Shown here piece by piece: positions 26,269-39,782 of a stretch of 64,000 bases of DNA. Under the pieces are notes generated by a model. That model worked only from the letters and a program-made list of their open reading frames with translations. It searched no databases and was not told where the DNA came from. Source of the DNA: Leucoraja ocellata (taxonomy: Eukaryota); the NCBI GenBank assembly GCA_036785375.1, contig JAWMAR010000028.1:11966001-12030000 (forward strand). Reading direction: 5' to 3'. How positions within the stretch are numbered: the stretch's first letter is position 1; each line of letters begins with the position of its first letter. Both the position numbers and the translations under genes were made by a program.

Positions 26269-28552
26269 TATGTTGAACAACATTTTTTTTTTAAACTATG
26301 ATTTATGATATTTGAAATAAGTGTAATGGCAACAAACTTGCTTCCAACTGCAGCATTATTTGAACTAGTTAGTTGTTGACACCTATATTTTTAATTCTTT
26401 AAAGAATGCGTGAAATTGAGTGATAGTGCATATACAAGAATCTCACACTGATTTTTGATGTATTCAACTTGATCACTGCGGTGTCAAGAATACATCTTGG
26501 CTTTCTCTTGCAACTGACATTTTGTGATATTAACATTGTGGAACCAAACTTTTAAGACATTTAGAAAAGTTAGTTCATGCAGGAAGTCTTGGACCTCAGA
26601 GCTGTATTTATTAATTAGTTTATTTGAATAATTAATAAAACATAAATGCAGGACAAAATGAAGAAACATCATATCCAGGTTAGTTTACAAGAGAGGACAA
26701 CCTAAAATATTGCTCAACAAAATCCCAAGGGTTACCAAGTTAGGGAGGTCTGTCTAACCTTGCAGTTCAGACTGCTTACATTCAAGGCGTGGAATATATT
26801 TTTCAAATCAGTACATGTGTACATTTTAGTTAGAAAGCAACAAAGGTTCATTGACCTGAAACATTAACCGATTCTACAGCCACAGGTACTGCCTGACTTG
26901 CTGAGTATCATCAGCATTTCTGTTCTAATTTTTAGTTATATGTGTTTGCAGAATAGTCTAAAGGGAGTTAATTATCCAGAATTTGCTGCCCAAATAATGG
27001 TGAGAGTTTTGCCACTGTCCTCATGTGGAACTGACAGAGAAATGTCACTGGCATCATGATGCAAAACCTCTACAGAAAATACAAACTAAACTCAAAGTCC
27101 TGCTAATTTCAGGCTAAATACTTGTTTAATAACAGATGAGAATTGATTATTTTGACATCCCCTCTGGCCGAGAAAATTAAACATTGCAAGTATGGAGTCT
27201 CATTCTACTGGGTTTCAGGTTTAGGTTTGAAGATTTTAACACATTTGAAGTCTAAATTCTGAACGTGGTTTAATTGTACTTTCAATCAACCAACCTAATC
27301 TCTCACACCCTATTTTACAAGTGGATTGAGGAGTTTCGATCACTGAGAGCATTTAGAGTAGATTGGAGCAATGAGAGTATGGGGAACCAGCAAAGAGGAG
27401 ACGAGCTGGGCAGATCAGTCATGATCAGATTGAATGTTAGGACAGGCTTGTAGGGCAGAGTGGCCTACCCCTGCTTCTATTTTCTGATGTAATAACAATC
27501 TCTTCCTGTATCCGATTAGGCCGCAAAGCCACCCATTACTTACCTTCCCTTAAAAGTCATCGAACTATTAAATACCTCAGATGACATAATCGTGAGAGCT
27601 GGTACTCGGTATCTGTAATAAGGTGCCACAAGTTCATACTTGCCTTATGGCAACAGTCTTTGGTTAAATAAGTACCTGCTAGTTTAATTTTACATGTGGC
27701 AAGTAGCTGAAAGTGCAAGCCACTGAGGGATCTGTACACTGTGGATGGCTTGATTGTAACCATGTATCGTCTTTCGGTTGATAGCACGCAACAAAAGCTT
27801 TTCTCTGCACCTTGGTACGTGTGACAATAAATTAAACTAAACTAAAGGTACGTGTCCCTGCTTTAATGGCCAGCTAAACACCGTCAGGTGGAGATCTCCT
27901 TTAATGAATGATACTACAACAATACAGCCAATCCTCGTTCGTTCATCAGTTCTGTAATGAACAAAAGAAACAGGAGTATGGTTGATATTCTGCCTAAAAT
28001 CCAGCTTGCCACACAATTCCCAATTGCTCCAGTTCCCCACTTACAAAAATCGATCAATTTCAACCTCAAATGTGTGCAATAATTGAACATCCTTTGAGGA
28101 AGAGAATTCCAAATATTTACAATTGTGCATTAATAAATTGCTCTGTATCTCCGTGCAAAATGGTCGACTTACTATTCTAGGTCTTTGACCCCAATTCTAG
28201 ACTCTCCAGTTAGTGTAAACCATAGTGACTCTCAACACCCACCCTGTCAACCTGCCTAAGAACCTTCAAATGTGTCAGTGAGATGACCTCATTCTTCCAT
28301 TCTCCACTGAGTATATTCTGATCTCATTCAGTCTCTACATGGGGCAATTCACTCCATGTTGGAATCAACCTGCTGAGTTTACACTGCAGCAGGACAACAG
28401 ATAATACATTGTTCCAAAAGGCAAAAAAAGGAAAATCATGGCGTCAGATGGCATCTGTGGAGACAGCAAAATGGTCAATAATCTTTAGTCAGAACCCTAA
28501 GACAAAGGTCATCAACTCAAAAGGTTAATTCGTACTTTCTGCACAAAAGTTC

Positions 28553-29305
28553 AATAGACAATAGACAATAGCAGGAGAAGGCCATTAGGCCCTTCGAGCC
28601 AGCACCGCCATTCAATGTGATCGTGGCTGATCATCCCCAATCAGAACCCCGTTCCTGCCTTCTTCCCATATCCCCTGACTCCGCTATTTTTAAGTGCCCT
28701 ATCTAGCTCTCTCTTGAAAGTATCCAGAGAACCCACTTTCACCGCCCTTGAGGCAGAGAATTCCACAGACACAACTCTCTGTGAGAAAAAGTGTTTCCTC
28801 GTCTCCGTTCTAAATGGTTTATTCCTTATTCTTAAACTGTGGCCCCTGGTTCTGGACTCCCCAACATCGGGAACATGTTTCCTGACTCTAGCGTGTCCAA
28901 GCCCTTAACAATCTTATATGTTTCAATGATCACCCCTCTCATCCTTCTAAACTCCAGAGTGTACAAGCCCAGCTGCTCCATTCTTTCTGCATATTACAGT
29001 CCCGCCATCCCGGGAATTAACCTTGTAAACTTATGCTGCACTCCCTCAATAGCAAGAATGTCCTTCTTCAAATTAGGGGATCACAACTGCACACAATACT
29101 CGAGGTGTGGTCTCACTAGGGCTCTGTACAACTGCAGAAGGACCTCTTTGCTCCTATATTCGATTCCTCTTGTTATAAAGGCCAACATGCCATTCGCTGC
29201 CTGTTGTACCTGCATGTTTACTTTCATAGACTGATGTACAAGGACCTCCAGATCCCGTTGTACTTCCCCTTTTCCCAACTTGACGCCATGTAGATAGTAA
29301 TCTGA
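28553..29305 (-). mobile_element. CR1 (HER1-like) LINE 3' fragment
   Basis: QRDLEVLVH...RGIEYRSKEVLLQLYRALVRPHLEYCVQ. 3' end gctcgaagggcctaatggcct with a (ctattgt)n tail. Confidence 0.9.
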
Positions 29306-30323
29306 TAATTCCCTAAGAATAGGATCATTTTTTTCTTTTCAAACATATTGCTTTTGTTTAGGGCGGGAGATTGAAACTTCATACATTACTTCAAATGAGG
29401 TTGCACCAAAACCTTGCAAAACCTTAACAAGACTTCTTATTTTTATTATTCTTTAACCTCTTTCCTAAAAGCCCAAGATATCTGTTGCTACTTGCAGGTT
29501 TATTTTCTGCGTCTCAAAACCAACAGACTAAGATCTCTCTGTGCAACAGAAGTTTTAAGTTTTGTGCTATTTATGTGCCATATTTCATCTTTCAACCTCT
29601 AAAATGAATGCTCTCACATCCTATATCCACCTGCCTTCATCCTTTTGTAGACTCTGATTCTTTCAGTTCATTTTCCCCAACTTCATCATGTCTGGATACA
29701 CAAGACCAATTCTTTCATCAGTCATTAATATAAATGTTAATGGCTGGCAGTCTAGGCACACACATACATTTTGCAACATCAGCAACAGACTGCAAAACTC
29801 AATTGCATCTATACTATGTTTTTTAAAAAACAATCTTTGATCTACGCTTTTTGGACAATCCTAATACCATGGGACCATTTTCAAGAAACAATTAGATTTT
29901 TACTTTATTGATTGCAAATCCAGATAAAGTACATCCACCAGGTCCCCCTTATCTATCCTGCTAATTATACCATCAATGACCAGAATAGTTCTGGTATGCA
30001 AGCAAAGAATTTCACTGTACCTTGTCACATGTGACAAGAAAGTATTCCATTCCAGTTGGAAATATTGTGCATGGTTTTGCCTTCTTAAATCCTAGCTTAT
30101 ATGTAATGCAAGTTACTTGGTAATTAGTAAATAACAAAGTTTTGTTGATCCTGTCAACTAACAGGGATGCCAATGATACTTCATGGAACAACCAGGATCT
30201 CTGGATGTTCAGAGCTCCATATTTCCAGACTCTTCTGTTGTGCTGGTAGACGCCAAGTTATGAATTAAAGCTTTAGCTATTTATTTCTGCCTCCTCTGTT
30301 AAACTTTCAGTCCTTCAGTTCCA

Positions 30324-30614
30324 GGGGCGGCACGATGGCACAGCGGTAGAGTTGCTGCCTTACAGCGCCAGAGACCCGAGTTCGATCCCCACTACGGGTG
30401 CTGTCTTTACGGAGTTTGTACATTCTCCCCGTGACCGTGTGGGTTTTCTCCGAGAACTTCGGTTTCCTCCCACACTCCAAAGACTCCAAAGGTTAATTGG
30501 CTTGGTATAAGTGTAAAATCATCCCTAATGTGTGTAGGATAGTGTTACTGTGCTGGTCGGTGCAGACTCGGTGGGCCGAATGGCTTGTTTCCACGCTGTA
30601 TCTCTGAAATGAAC
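30324..30614 (+). mobile_element. HE1-type tRNA-derived V-SINE, near full length
   Basis: A box tggcacagcggta, B box gttcgatcc, V-domain ggagtttgtacattctccccgtg...ggtttcctcccacactccaa, CR1-like tail. Confidence 0.85.
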
Positions 30615-33292
30615 CTTCATCCATCCCTGTTCGAGCCCCCACCTAGGTTTATTGTGAGAGTCAATAAAAGGGAATCAGACTTCGGTGGTGGATGAAACAA
30701 ATACTTTGATTGATACAATTCAATAAAGATAATTTGCCAATGTGCCATCAGCTGCCAAGTGAACCATATATCTGAAGCTATAAAATAACTTACATTTCCA
30801 TACTTAAAGCAACTGTGAATTTGAAAATCTAGCTGAATTAGTATTCCAGCAATACAGACCAACGATTATGATATACCTGCATTTCAGAATGTTTAAAATG
30901 TCACATGCACCTAGAAGTACTAGATTAAGTGTCATGGTCATAGTTATTAAAGTGTGCTTAAAAATCGTATCAGGACGGTTCACCTCAAACTGGAACAGAA
31001 ACAGTTCATCTCTTCAATCAAATAGCCACAGCATTTGTTAAATAATTTCTGCCTTACTGCAAGGTATGCATCCCTCTGTTTATGTTTCTCAGGACTTAGA
31101 TGATTTAAATTCCATAAATGGATTAAAATAACATTTACCAGTTTAATTTTACCTCCCTCTACCTCAGCCAGTCACCAAGTCTTGAGCCTTCAGAATAATA
31201 CTAATGGCAGAAAGTAAATCAGTGAAATGCACATATATTTTTCTACATAACATTTAAAATGTTGGGTGCAATTTTATTCTAACTGCTGAAGAGAATAATT
31301 AAGGCAGGTTGTTGTTACGAAACATTGGTTGTCATTTAGAAAATGGTTTGCACTGCAATTAAATCTTTATCTTCTTATCTGAAAGTGAAACACTTATGTT
31401 CAAAATGGCATCCAGAATGATGCAGAATAAATAACCTAAGTTACTCAGAATATTTTTATGTGACTGCTCCCACGATCTCAAAAACAGGCTTATTGCTCTA
31501 GCATATTTGCATTTTAAATGTTACTGCAAAAATATGTTATGCAAAATCCAAAACTTGTCATTACTGCATGAGGTGTGTGGACTATAACACATTTGCATCT
31601 TTAAAACAGAAACAGCAACAGAATCCTGCAGACTTTTTTTTTTGCTGTTGATGCCCTTGGGAATGAGCAGTGGTACCCTTTAAATCCCTTTAACATGGAC
31701 AGCATCAACACTGCAGTGTGCACAGTGGAGCCCGAAAGTCAGTCACCCTTTTCTGCATGTGCTAATAAGTTTGATTTTCAAAGGACAATGTGTACATTCC
31801 CCAGACACGCAGACCTTCTGCGAAACACGCAGACCATCCTGTGCTACTCAGTGAGCTTTAGCAGGGACAGGACAAGCTGAAAATGCCTCTCATCTGTCGG
31901 CTGCTCTTTGAAACATATCCTTAACCGTTTGCTTCCCGGAACTACTATTTACATCGGAATCAACAGAGTCCACCTCTCATTAAATTACTCCACTGTCCTA
32001 ATCCCCCAATATCACTAAACGTTTGATTGAATCTTCGAGAGATAATACCGCAAACCTTTCCACCTCGTGCCATTAAAACACAGTAGTCCAGAAAACATTT
32101 TATAATACAATTAACAGATGAGAAGCATATTCAATAAAGAGTTAAACTGGGCCTATTTTCATGCATCTTCTGCTTTGACAGATGAAAAATGTCAACTGTC
32201 CTGTTTTTATTTTCTAGCTTTTGCACTATTCATCTGGTTCATTAGTGCCTATCGCTGCTGCCCCTGACAGCTGCTTGCCCTCTCTTCCCAGCAGCTGAAT
32301 TTTTCAGGCTAATTTGATTCTCCTCACTGAGACGATCACTGAAATGATTGACTTGCTCCCTGACCTCAAGGGTCCGACTTCCCTTATTAGTATTCTGGAT
32401 ATGTTCAAGATAAGGGAGCATCCTGTCTGTCTTCAGGGCTGGTGGCTGCACTCTCTCTTTTTCTGTAAGCCACCAACCTACAACCTTCTAAGGAGGCAAC
32501 TGCTGCTCTGTACAATGAAGGAAACATGTAAAACTTCATCTTCAGATGTCAAGGTCCGTGTAGATGAGTAGCTGATTTATGCTATCAATTTATGCAAATA
32601 ATATGTGACACTGAACAACAAGTCATTAATTAATACTAGGAATTATTCTACTGTATCAGGTTCCTATACATTTTAATGTTAAAATCATCTGCATTTGAAA
32701 ATGTGGTACTGATCATTCAAACTCAACCCACAGCAATGTTCAAGGATCATTACCTTCATTCAAGGATGACCTTAAATTGTGCATCAATAAAAAAAAGTCA
32801 TATAATGCAATGACAAAATACCTCTTCCCACACCCACTGAAATCTCCCCACCTTGGCATTATGGAGATGAAAATAGATCTTTCCCTGAGTAAAGCACAAT
32901 TGTGAGCGTTTCTGGGTTGATTAGTGATACTCTGGAACTCCACCTGGGCTCTTCCTGGTGTCAGTCACATGTCATCCTGATGCAATTTCTGCATCAGCCC
33001 ACAGAGCAGCGACTTCAATCAAGCGACACTCCACGAGCAGTATTGCAGGGGAACACTGTTGCATCACCGAGCGCTCTCAGGATCCGCTATTTAAAGAGGA
33101 GCATTTAACTAAATCCTTCCCCGGCCACAAACAATCACTCAGCGGTATGTTGAGTCTAGCTTCAGGAGTACACCTGGATTTCATCTGTCCAGCTGTTTCA
33201 AATGGCAGGTTGAAATGACCTTTCAAAATGTGACTATTAGTTACTTATAACAACTTATTGTAAGTTAGAACTTATTAATTCATTGTTAATTA

Positions 33293-33926
33293 TGGAAAGA
33301 CAGGGTGGGTATAATTTGAGAGGGGAACATAATTAAAAAAACTCAATGTCAGAACAACTCTTAAAAGTATGTGCATAGAAATCTGTGGTGTGAATTTGTG
33401 GAATGGTCTGGAACAGGAGATACAACTTAGCACAAGCATAATTCAGTTAAAAAAGATGTGCAAAAACACTTGTTTAAAAGGATATTGGGATGAGGATAGG
33501 TGATTGTGAGTGGGATATTTGTTATACTGATGGTATTGAGAAGGGTGATTATAGGGTGATGGGTTGTATATATGACTGAGATACTGTATAGTAGATGAGG
33601 GTTTTTTCTTTTCTTTTTCTTTTTTGTATGGCTTTGTAAATATTTGATTAGTGTATAAATGTAAATAATTTGGTGTACATATAGTGGCTGGTGTACATAT
33701 GGTGTACATATAGCTGCTAAATTTGTGTAAGATAATTACTAGCAGTTGAATAAGGGTTGGGAATTAATAAGCTTTGGCTTCTTCCTGCTCCTTTTCGGAC
33801 ACATACGATTTCATTTATTTATAGATATTGTTTATGACACTTTATAAATATTCTTGTTTTGTTTTTTGTATGGTGTTTCACACTTGCTCTTTATTCTTTT
33901 ATTCAGTTCGAAATAAATAATAATTA
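33293..33926 (+). mobile_element. L2-group (Crack/Daphne-like) LINE 3' fragment
   Basis: YNLRG...RTTLKSMCI..CGVNLWNGL...KK remnant. 3'UTR aataagctttggcttcttcctgctccttt and terminal cgaaataaataataat. Confidence 0.6.
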
Positions 33927-33943
33927 AAAAGAAAGTTACTAAT

Positions 33944-34291
33944 TTTAGTTTTAGAGATCCAGCATGGAAACAGACCCTTCATCCCACCGAGTTTGTGCCA
34001 ACCAATGATCACACTAGTTCTATTCTATATACAAGGGACAATTTACAAAAGCCAATGCATGTGGGAGGAATCCGAGCGCCCGGAGAATTTTACATTTTAT
34101 ACCAAGCCAATTAATCTACAAACCAGTATGTCGCCCAAACCAGAGTGTGGGAGAAAACCCATTCAGGTCACAGGGAGAATGTGCAAACTCCCATTCAGAC
34201 AACACCCATAGTCAGGATCGAAACCAGGTCTCTGGCGCTGCCAGGCAGAAACTCTACTGCTACAACACTGTACAGTTCACTGTGCCGCCCC
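33944..34291 (-). mobile_element. HE1-type V-SINE
   Basis: Reverse complement of the family consensus. Confidence 0.75.
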
Positions 34292-34534
34292 AACTAACCC
34301 AAACACATATTCAAACAAACAGCATAGCCAAAAATTGCAATGTTTGGCTATACCCCAAGATACTTATTCTAGACTTCTGCACTGAAGCTCCTGTCCGAAC
34401 TTTAACTCGGCCACTCTCTGTGTGTGACCCTGAATACATAACCATGGCCAAATGGATCCAACACAATGCTTTGTACAAAAAACATTTGTTGCAATTAAGT
34501 AACATGCAACATGCCAATGCCAAAATATTAGTGT

Positions 34535-34734
34535 TTAAGAAGGAACTGTAGATGCTGGAGAATCGAAGGTACACAAAAAAGCTGGAGAAACTCAGCGGGT
34601 GCAGCAGCATCTATGGAGCGAAGGAAATAGGCAACGTTTCGGGCCGAAACCCAAGGGTTTCGGCCTGAAACGTTGCCTATTTCCTTCGCTCCATAGATGC
34701 TGCTGCACCTGCTGAGTTTCTCCAGCTTTTTTGT
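34535..34734. mobile_element. Palindromic Penelope-terminus element with 18-bp TSD
   Basis: Near-perfect inverted arms centred near 34653. atgccaaaatattagtgt at 34517-34534 and 34735-34752. Confidence 0.88.
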
Positions 34735-37472
34735 ATGCCAAAATATTAGTGTCAGTCTTTGTACACACAAAGAATAAGGATTTTGGGAAGGGCACTGAAT
34801 TTTAAGTAACTATGATAAGCTACTGCAATAAAAAGTGATGTCCTGTGGCTCAATTACATGCTAACTTACATACTGTTGATGAAGTTCAAAATCATACTTA
34901 TTCCTCACCATGAACATTATTTTAACTATAACCTATAACTAATGAGCCAAATACCAACTGATGAAAATAAAACAATTATCCTGTCATTACATTGAAAAAT
35001 CAAATTGTTGCAATTAATAAACAGTTATCAAGTTTCAACATTACCTTTTCTGCATTCAAGAACAACCATTATTCAATGTTTCAAATTTTAGCTGCAGGGT
35101 GTAATTTTAATAGGTTTTTAAATACTTGACATAAGTTTATTGTTTTTTTTTACATTATTAGCCCTTTTCTGTGAGTGAGATTGGAGACCACCTTGACCAT
35201 AATTTCCTTCATCTGTAACATATCTCCACTTGTACCAATCATCTTAAAAATGAAAAATATCTCCCAAAAAATTCCATCTCTTCTTGCCAGCTGACTGGCA
35301 AACGATGGACAAGGGGTTTATATCCTTCCATAGGCACCTTGTCCAAATAATCTCACTAAAATGACCAGTGACACTGCTAGTTATTCAGAGTGCCAATTCT
35401 GAGCATATTCTCCAATTGATCCAAATATAAAATCCTATTATCGGGTGATTTCAAATTAAGCCAACAATTTTAAACACCTGTTTTGGGGAATAAACAGCAA
35501 CTAGACACGTAAAGACACTGGCTGTCTACATAGGCTCATTCTTGACCAGTACAGTTTAGCATGAACTATGCATGCATGGCAGTATCTCCAGTCAGCTCCC
35601 ATTTTCTCATTACATATGCCACTGAATAAGCCAGCAGTCTGCTGCAGCCAGTGAGCAAGAATCTATGAATTTTGAATCTCGGCAAAATGAACTCACTTTG
35701 ACATATTGCTAAATGCATCATCAGCATGGTTTATAATTAGCATTTAAAAAAAATATCTGCAGAATTAAACAAAAGTAAAATTCTACTATCGACCACAGCA
35801 CATCAGTATCGCAGCTTACTTCACTCTCGCAGATCTGTATTAATGACAAATCAGCCTGGATCCCGTGTACCCATCACATAGGAATGGCTTTTGCAAAAGA
35901 TTTGCTGAACTTTAAACTTTAATACTAGAAACAAAATACAGTTGGAATATAAAGCATGACCGATTTTTGAGCAGAGATTCAATGCAAATTCACAGCTGCC
36001 TAACCTGCACAACTTACCCAGAGTTAATTGCATTGCTATCATCATCACATTCACTATTATGTATTTTACTACCTGTGTAATATATATAATTTTTATATAA
36101 TATTTAATTTTACAAGATCAGAAAAATAGTAAGAGTAAGAACAACATTATTCTTGTAAAGTTAGCTAACATCTGTTTAATTGTGACAAACTTCCTTCAGG
36201 ATTATAACACTAAAACTAAATAATGTTGCATTAAAAGTTTTATAGCAATCATGAGGGGTTTTAGTCCTCATCTTTATGAGGTATAATTTATTAAAACATT
36301 TTTTTTCTACAATATCAGTAAATCATTAATATTGAAACAATATACTTTGGTGTAGTGCTTGCTGTGAATCTTCAATAATGCCAGAATAGCACAAAGTAGA
36401 TATAATAACTTTGAGTTTAAAATGTATGGAAGAACTCAAAGCATAAAATAAACTTTTACAAAATGTAAATAGTGCTAAATTTTATCAGTTTTATCAATTT
36501 TATCAATTTATCTTTAAGCTTGTAAAGTCTTCAATTTTGGTATTGGCAAAGAGCATCACCTTCAGAACATTTTCTATTTATGTTTATGGCCATTCGATGT
36601 CGCCAGTGTTTGCTCAAAATATTGCATTTTGTTCCTAATTTTATTTGTATTAAAATTGGGATTCAATAATGACTGGCAAACAGAAGAAAATTATAAGAAA
36701 TATCTTTATCTTCATAATATTTTTGTCTTCCATCAATAATACGGTTGCAGATGGTTAGACGTTCCACAGAAAAGAAAAGGAAAACAGCATCTGCAGTTCC
36801 TTGTCTCTAGAAAAGGAAATACTTTGACTGGATTATTGGGGCTTCTATCCAGACTTTGGATTCCAGCAAATGATTGTAAATGTTAACTAAATAGTTTAAT
36901 AGTTAACTAAAACAATCATAGCGATGGTGACAAAATATCAGAATGTCATCTGAAACTGGTCTTTGCAAAATTGCCTGGAAAAGTTGTGCTAACAAAGTAT
37001 TTTACTGAGCAATATGCCTTCCAGGATTTTGGAGGAGTTTTAACACAGTTTGGCTGGTATCCAAACATTGAACACACCAGGATGTTGGCATGTTCAATCT
37101 CACATGGAAGAGAACTCGGGGCAAGATAAATACTGCGGTGTCACCCTGCAATTAACATACTGTTCACTAATCAGGAAACACAGGGTGCAGTCATATTCTG
37201 GACAGCCCAGTTTTACTGGCTAATAACTGCTATTATTGCACAGGCTGCTTACACAGAAAGCAAATGCTCAGAAAAACAGGCTTTTTATTAGACATTACGA
37301 TCTCTTCACATAAAGTGAAGAGCACTTATACATGATACTACTTACAATTAAGGTGATAGTATGACCGTCGCCCAGATTAGTACAGCAGGATATTTTTGGT
37401 AGTGGTTTGATACAACTGAATGGATTGCTAGATGCTGTCAAGAATTCAATGAATAACCTAAGAAATAACAAC

Positions 37473-37677
37473 AGGGTGGTGCAGTGGTGGTTCTGCTGCC
37501 TTACAGTGCCAGAGACCCGGGTTTGATCTTGACCTCGGGTGCTGTCTGTACGGAGTTTGTACGTTCTCCCTGTGACCGCGTGGGTTTTCTCTGGGTGCTC
37601 CGGTTTCCTCCAACTCTCCAAAGATGTAAAGGTTTATTGGCTTCAGTAAAATTTTGGCACTATATCTCTAAAGTATA
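37473..37677 (+). mobile_element. HE1-type V-SINE, internally deleted
   Basis: Head and V-domain match. Confidence 0.8.
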
Positions 37678-37864
37678 AATCGTCTACCTTCTCTTAATCT
37701 TTGCCACAAAATATAATTGTGGCTAATCTTGCATCAGGTCTATCAGAAATTTATCGCCCAAGTCCTAAACTGCTCAGCCCTCATCCTGAGACTATGGTTG
37801 CTGCTACCGCACTCTTCAGCCTGCTAAAGGGGCCTGTCAACATCTACCTTGTCATATCTCTTCT

Positions 37865-38239
37865 CTGTGGATTGTCACCTTGTCATGGTGGAGAAGCTTG
37901 TGTGGTCCTGAGATCCTGAGAGCGATGCCATCTGGAGCTATGCTCCTGGTAGGGTCTCCCATGGCAGTAAGGTCGAGGGGGAGGTCTGACAAGGAGCAAT
38001 CCAACCAAGACCTCAACAGTGGAACAGGCGGAGGATGATGGCTGACTTTAGTGGAGCGTCACAACAGCTGGGAAGGCGGATGAAAGCTGCAGCAGAAAAG
38101 GTCATCTTGGATTCCATGCCACTGGATTCTGACCCAGATCTGTCAAGGACCGTGTGGTAGCTGTCTCCCCACGTAAAACAAAGTCACGCGATCCATGAGA
38201 GGACAGTCATACTCGTTTCGAGTGACCGCTGATGATGAT
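37865..38239 (+). mobile_element. Non-autonomous RTE-derived short element (RTE-like 5'UTR plus (GAT)n tail)
   Basis: Starts ggattgtcaccttgtcatggtggag and contains cctggtagggtctcccatggc, resembling REX3/BovB 5' ends. Ends gatgatgat. A second copy is at 60156. Confidence 0.7.
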
Positions 38240-38273
38240 ACTTCAAACAGTTAATCTTTTGTTGATCTCAAGT

Positions 38274-38503
38274 TTTTAGTTTAGATTTAGTGTGGAAACA
38301 GGCCCTTCAGCTCACTGACTGCACGCAGACCAACAATCACCCGTACACTTATTCTATGTTATCCCACTTTCGTATTCTACACACTAAAGGCAACTTACAG
38401 AAGCCAATTAACCTACAAACCTGCATGTCTTTGGAATGTGGGAGCAAACTGGAGCACCCAGGGAAAACCCACGCAGTCATAGGAAGAACTTGCAAACTCC
38501 ACC
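38274..38503 (-). mobile_element. HE1-type V-SINE, 5'-truncated
   Basis: Reverse complement of V-domain and tail. Confidence 0.75.
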
Positions 38504-38627
38504 AAAAATACATGATTGCAAACTTTCCAACAAAGTAGTATGGTCTGAAGATAGGCCCAAAATAAATATTCTAAATAGCTAAGATTCTGACAGAATACTT
38601 GCTTATTCTTAGACAACTTGTTTTAAG

Positions 38628-38835
38628 TTTAGACACAAAATGTTGAAGTAACTCAGAGGGTCAGGCATAATACTCTCTGGAGAAAATGGACAAGTGACAT
38701 TGGGAGACGTGGGTCAGGACCCTTCCTCAGAAACATCACCTGTCCATGTTCTCTGGAGATGCCGTCTGACCCGCTGAGTTACTCCAGCATTTGTTGTCTA
38801 TCTTTGGTATAAACCAGCACCTGTTGTTCCTTTTT
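38628..38835. mobile_element. Palindromic Penelope-terminus element
   Basis: Inverted arms gtaactcagagggtcaggca / ctgacccgctgagttac. Imperfect flanking repeat ttgtttt(a)agtt. Confidence 0.7.
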
Positions 38836-39259
38836 TAATTACATTGTTTTAGTTCACGCCTATCGTATATATATATTTAATTGAGCTGTTCACAATATAA
38901 TGAAATTGCAAGCTAAGTCCATGATTTAATCTTTGTTCACAAACCAGTCGAATTAGTCAACAAGCATCTGGCAGTAAAATCCTCCTTCGAGCGGAATTCC
39001 TGGAAATTCTTGTGCTGTCAATATTTATGTAAAAATCTCCAGCCCAGTTTGTTTTCCACCCACTACTTTCCAAGATTTATTCTGCCCCAGATGTGTCAGT
39101 GTCACATGCTCTCTGCGTATTAAGCAGTTACTTCAGTCAGAGGCAAAAAAAAAGAGAAGAAATTGACTCAATCCCACGCAAACTCCAACATGCAAGTTAA
39201 TGATGTGGTCTTTCATCTTTGATTTGGCAACTTCTTTCCCCAAGACCACAAGGAATTGC

Positions 39260-39683
39260 AGAGAGTCACGTATGCTGCCCAGTGCATTGCACAGACCAAC
39301 CGCCCATACACCAAGACCATCTACACTTAACATTGAAGAACCACTCATACCCGGTCAATCCCTTTTCCCCACAGCTCCCATCGGTGGAAGATACAAAAGC
39401 TAGAAAGGACGGACTACCAGATTCAAGAACCACCACTTACCCTGTTAACAACTATTGAACAGACATCTCGTAAGGATATATTTGCGATCTCCCAATCAAC
39501 CCCATTGCAGCCCTTGCAGTTTTCTTTATCTGCACTGTCTTTAGCTGTAACACTATATTTTACAGTACGATAGGTTTCTTTTCTCTTTTGCACTACCAGT
39601 TGTACTCGTGTATGGTTTCATTGCACTCTTTCTCCTGGATAGCAAAAGTTTTCAACTATATCTTAGTACATTTGACAATAATA
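39260..39683 (+). mobile_element. Degenerate Rex1 3' fragment
   Basis: LFPTAPIGGRYKS-like remnant plus a 3'UTR ending tgacaataataaa. Confidence 0.55.
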
Positions 39684-39782
39684 AAGAAATATGCTGTATC
39701 CATGTGTATCCTTCCCACTTCCTTTATTCCCTATTTTGAATTTGTTTCATGCCATTGTTCTATACCAGTCTTACCACTTATA

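Noticed and set aside
30324-30400. tRNA-like A/B boxes
   Set aside because: SINE heads followed by a V-domain, not tRNA genes.
31646-31712. Inverted repeat tgttgatgc...gcatcaaca as a possible pre-miRNA
   Set aside because: Only a 9-bp stem with a large poorly paired interior.
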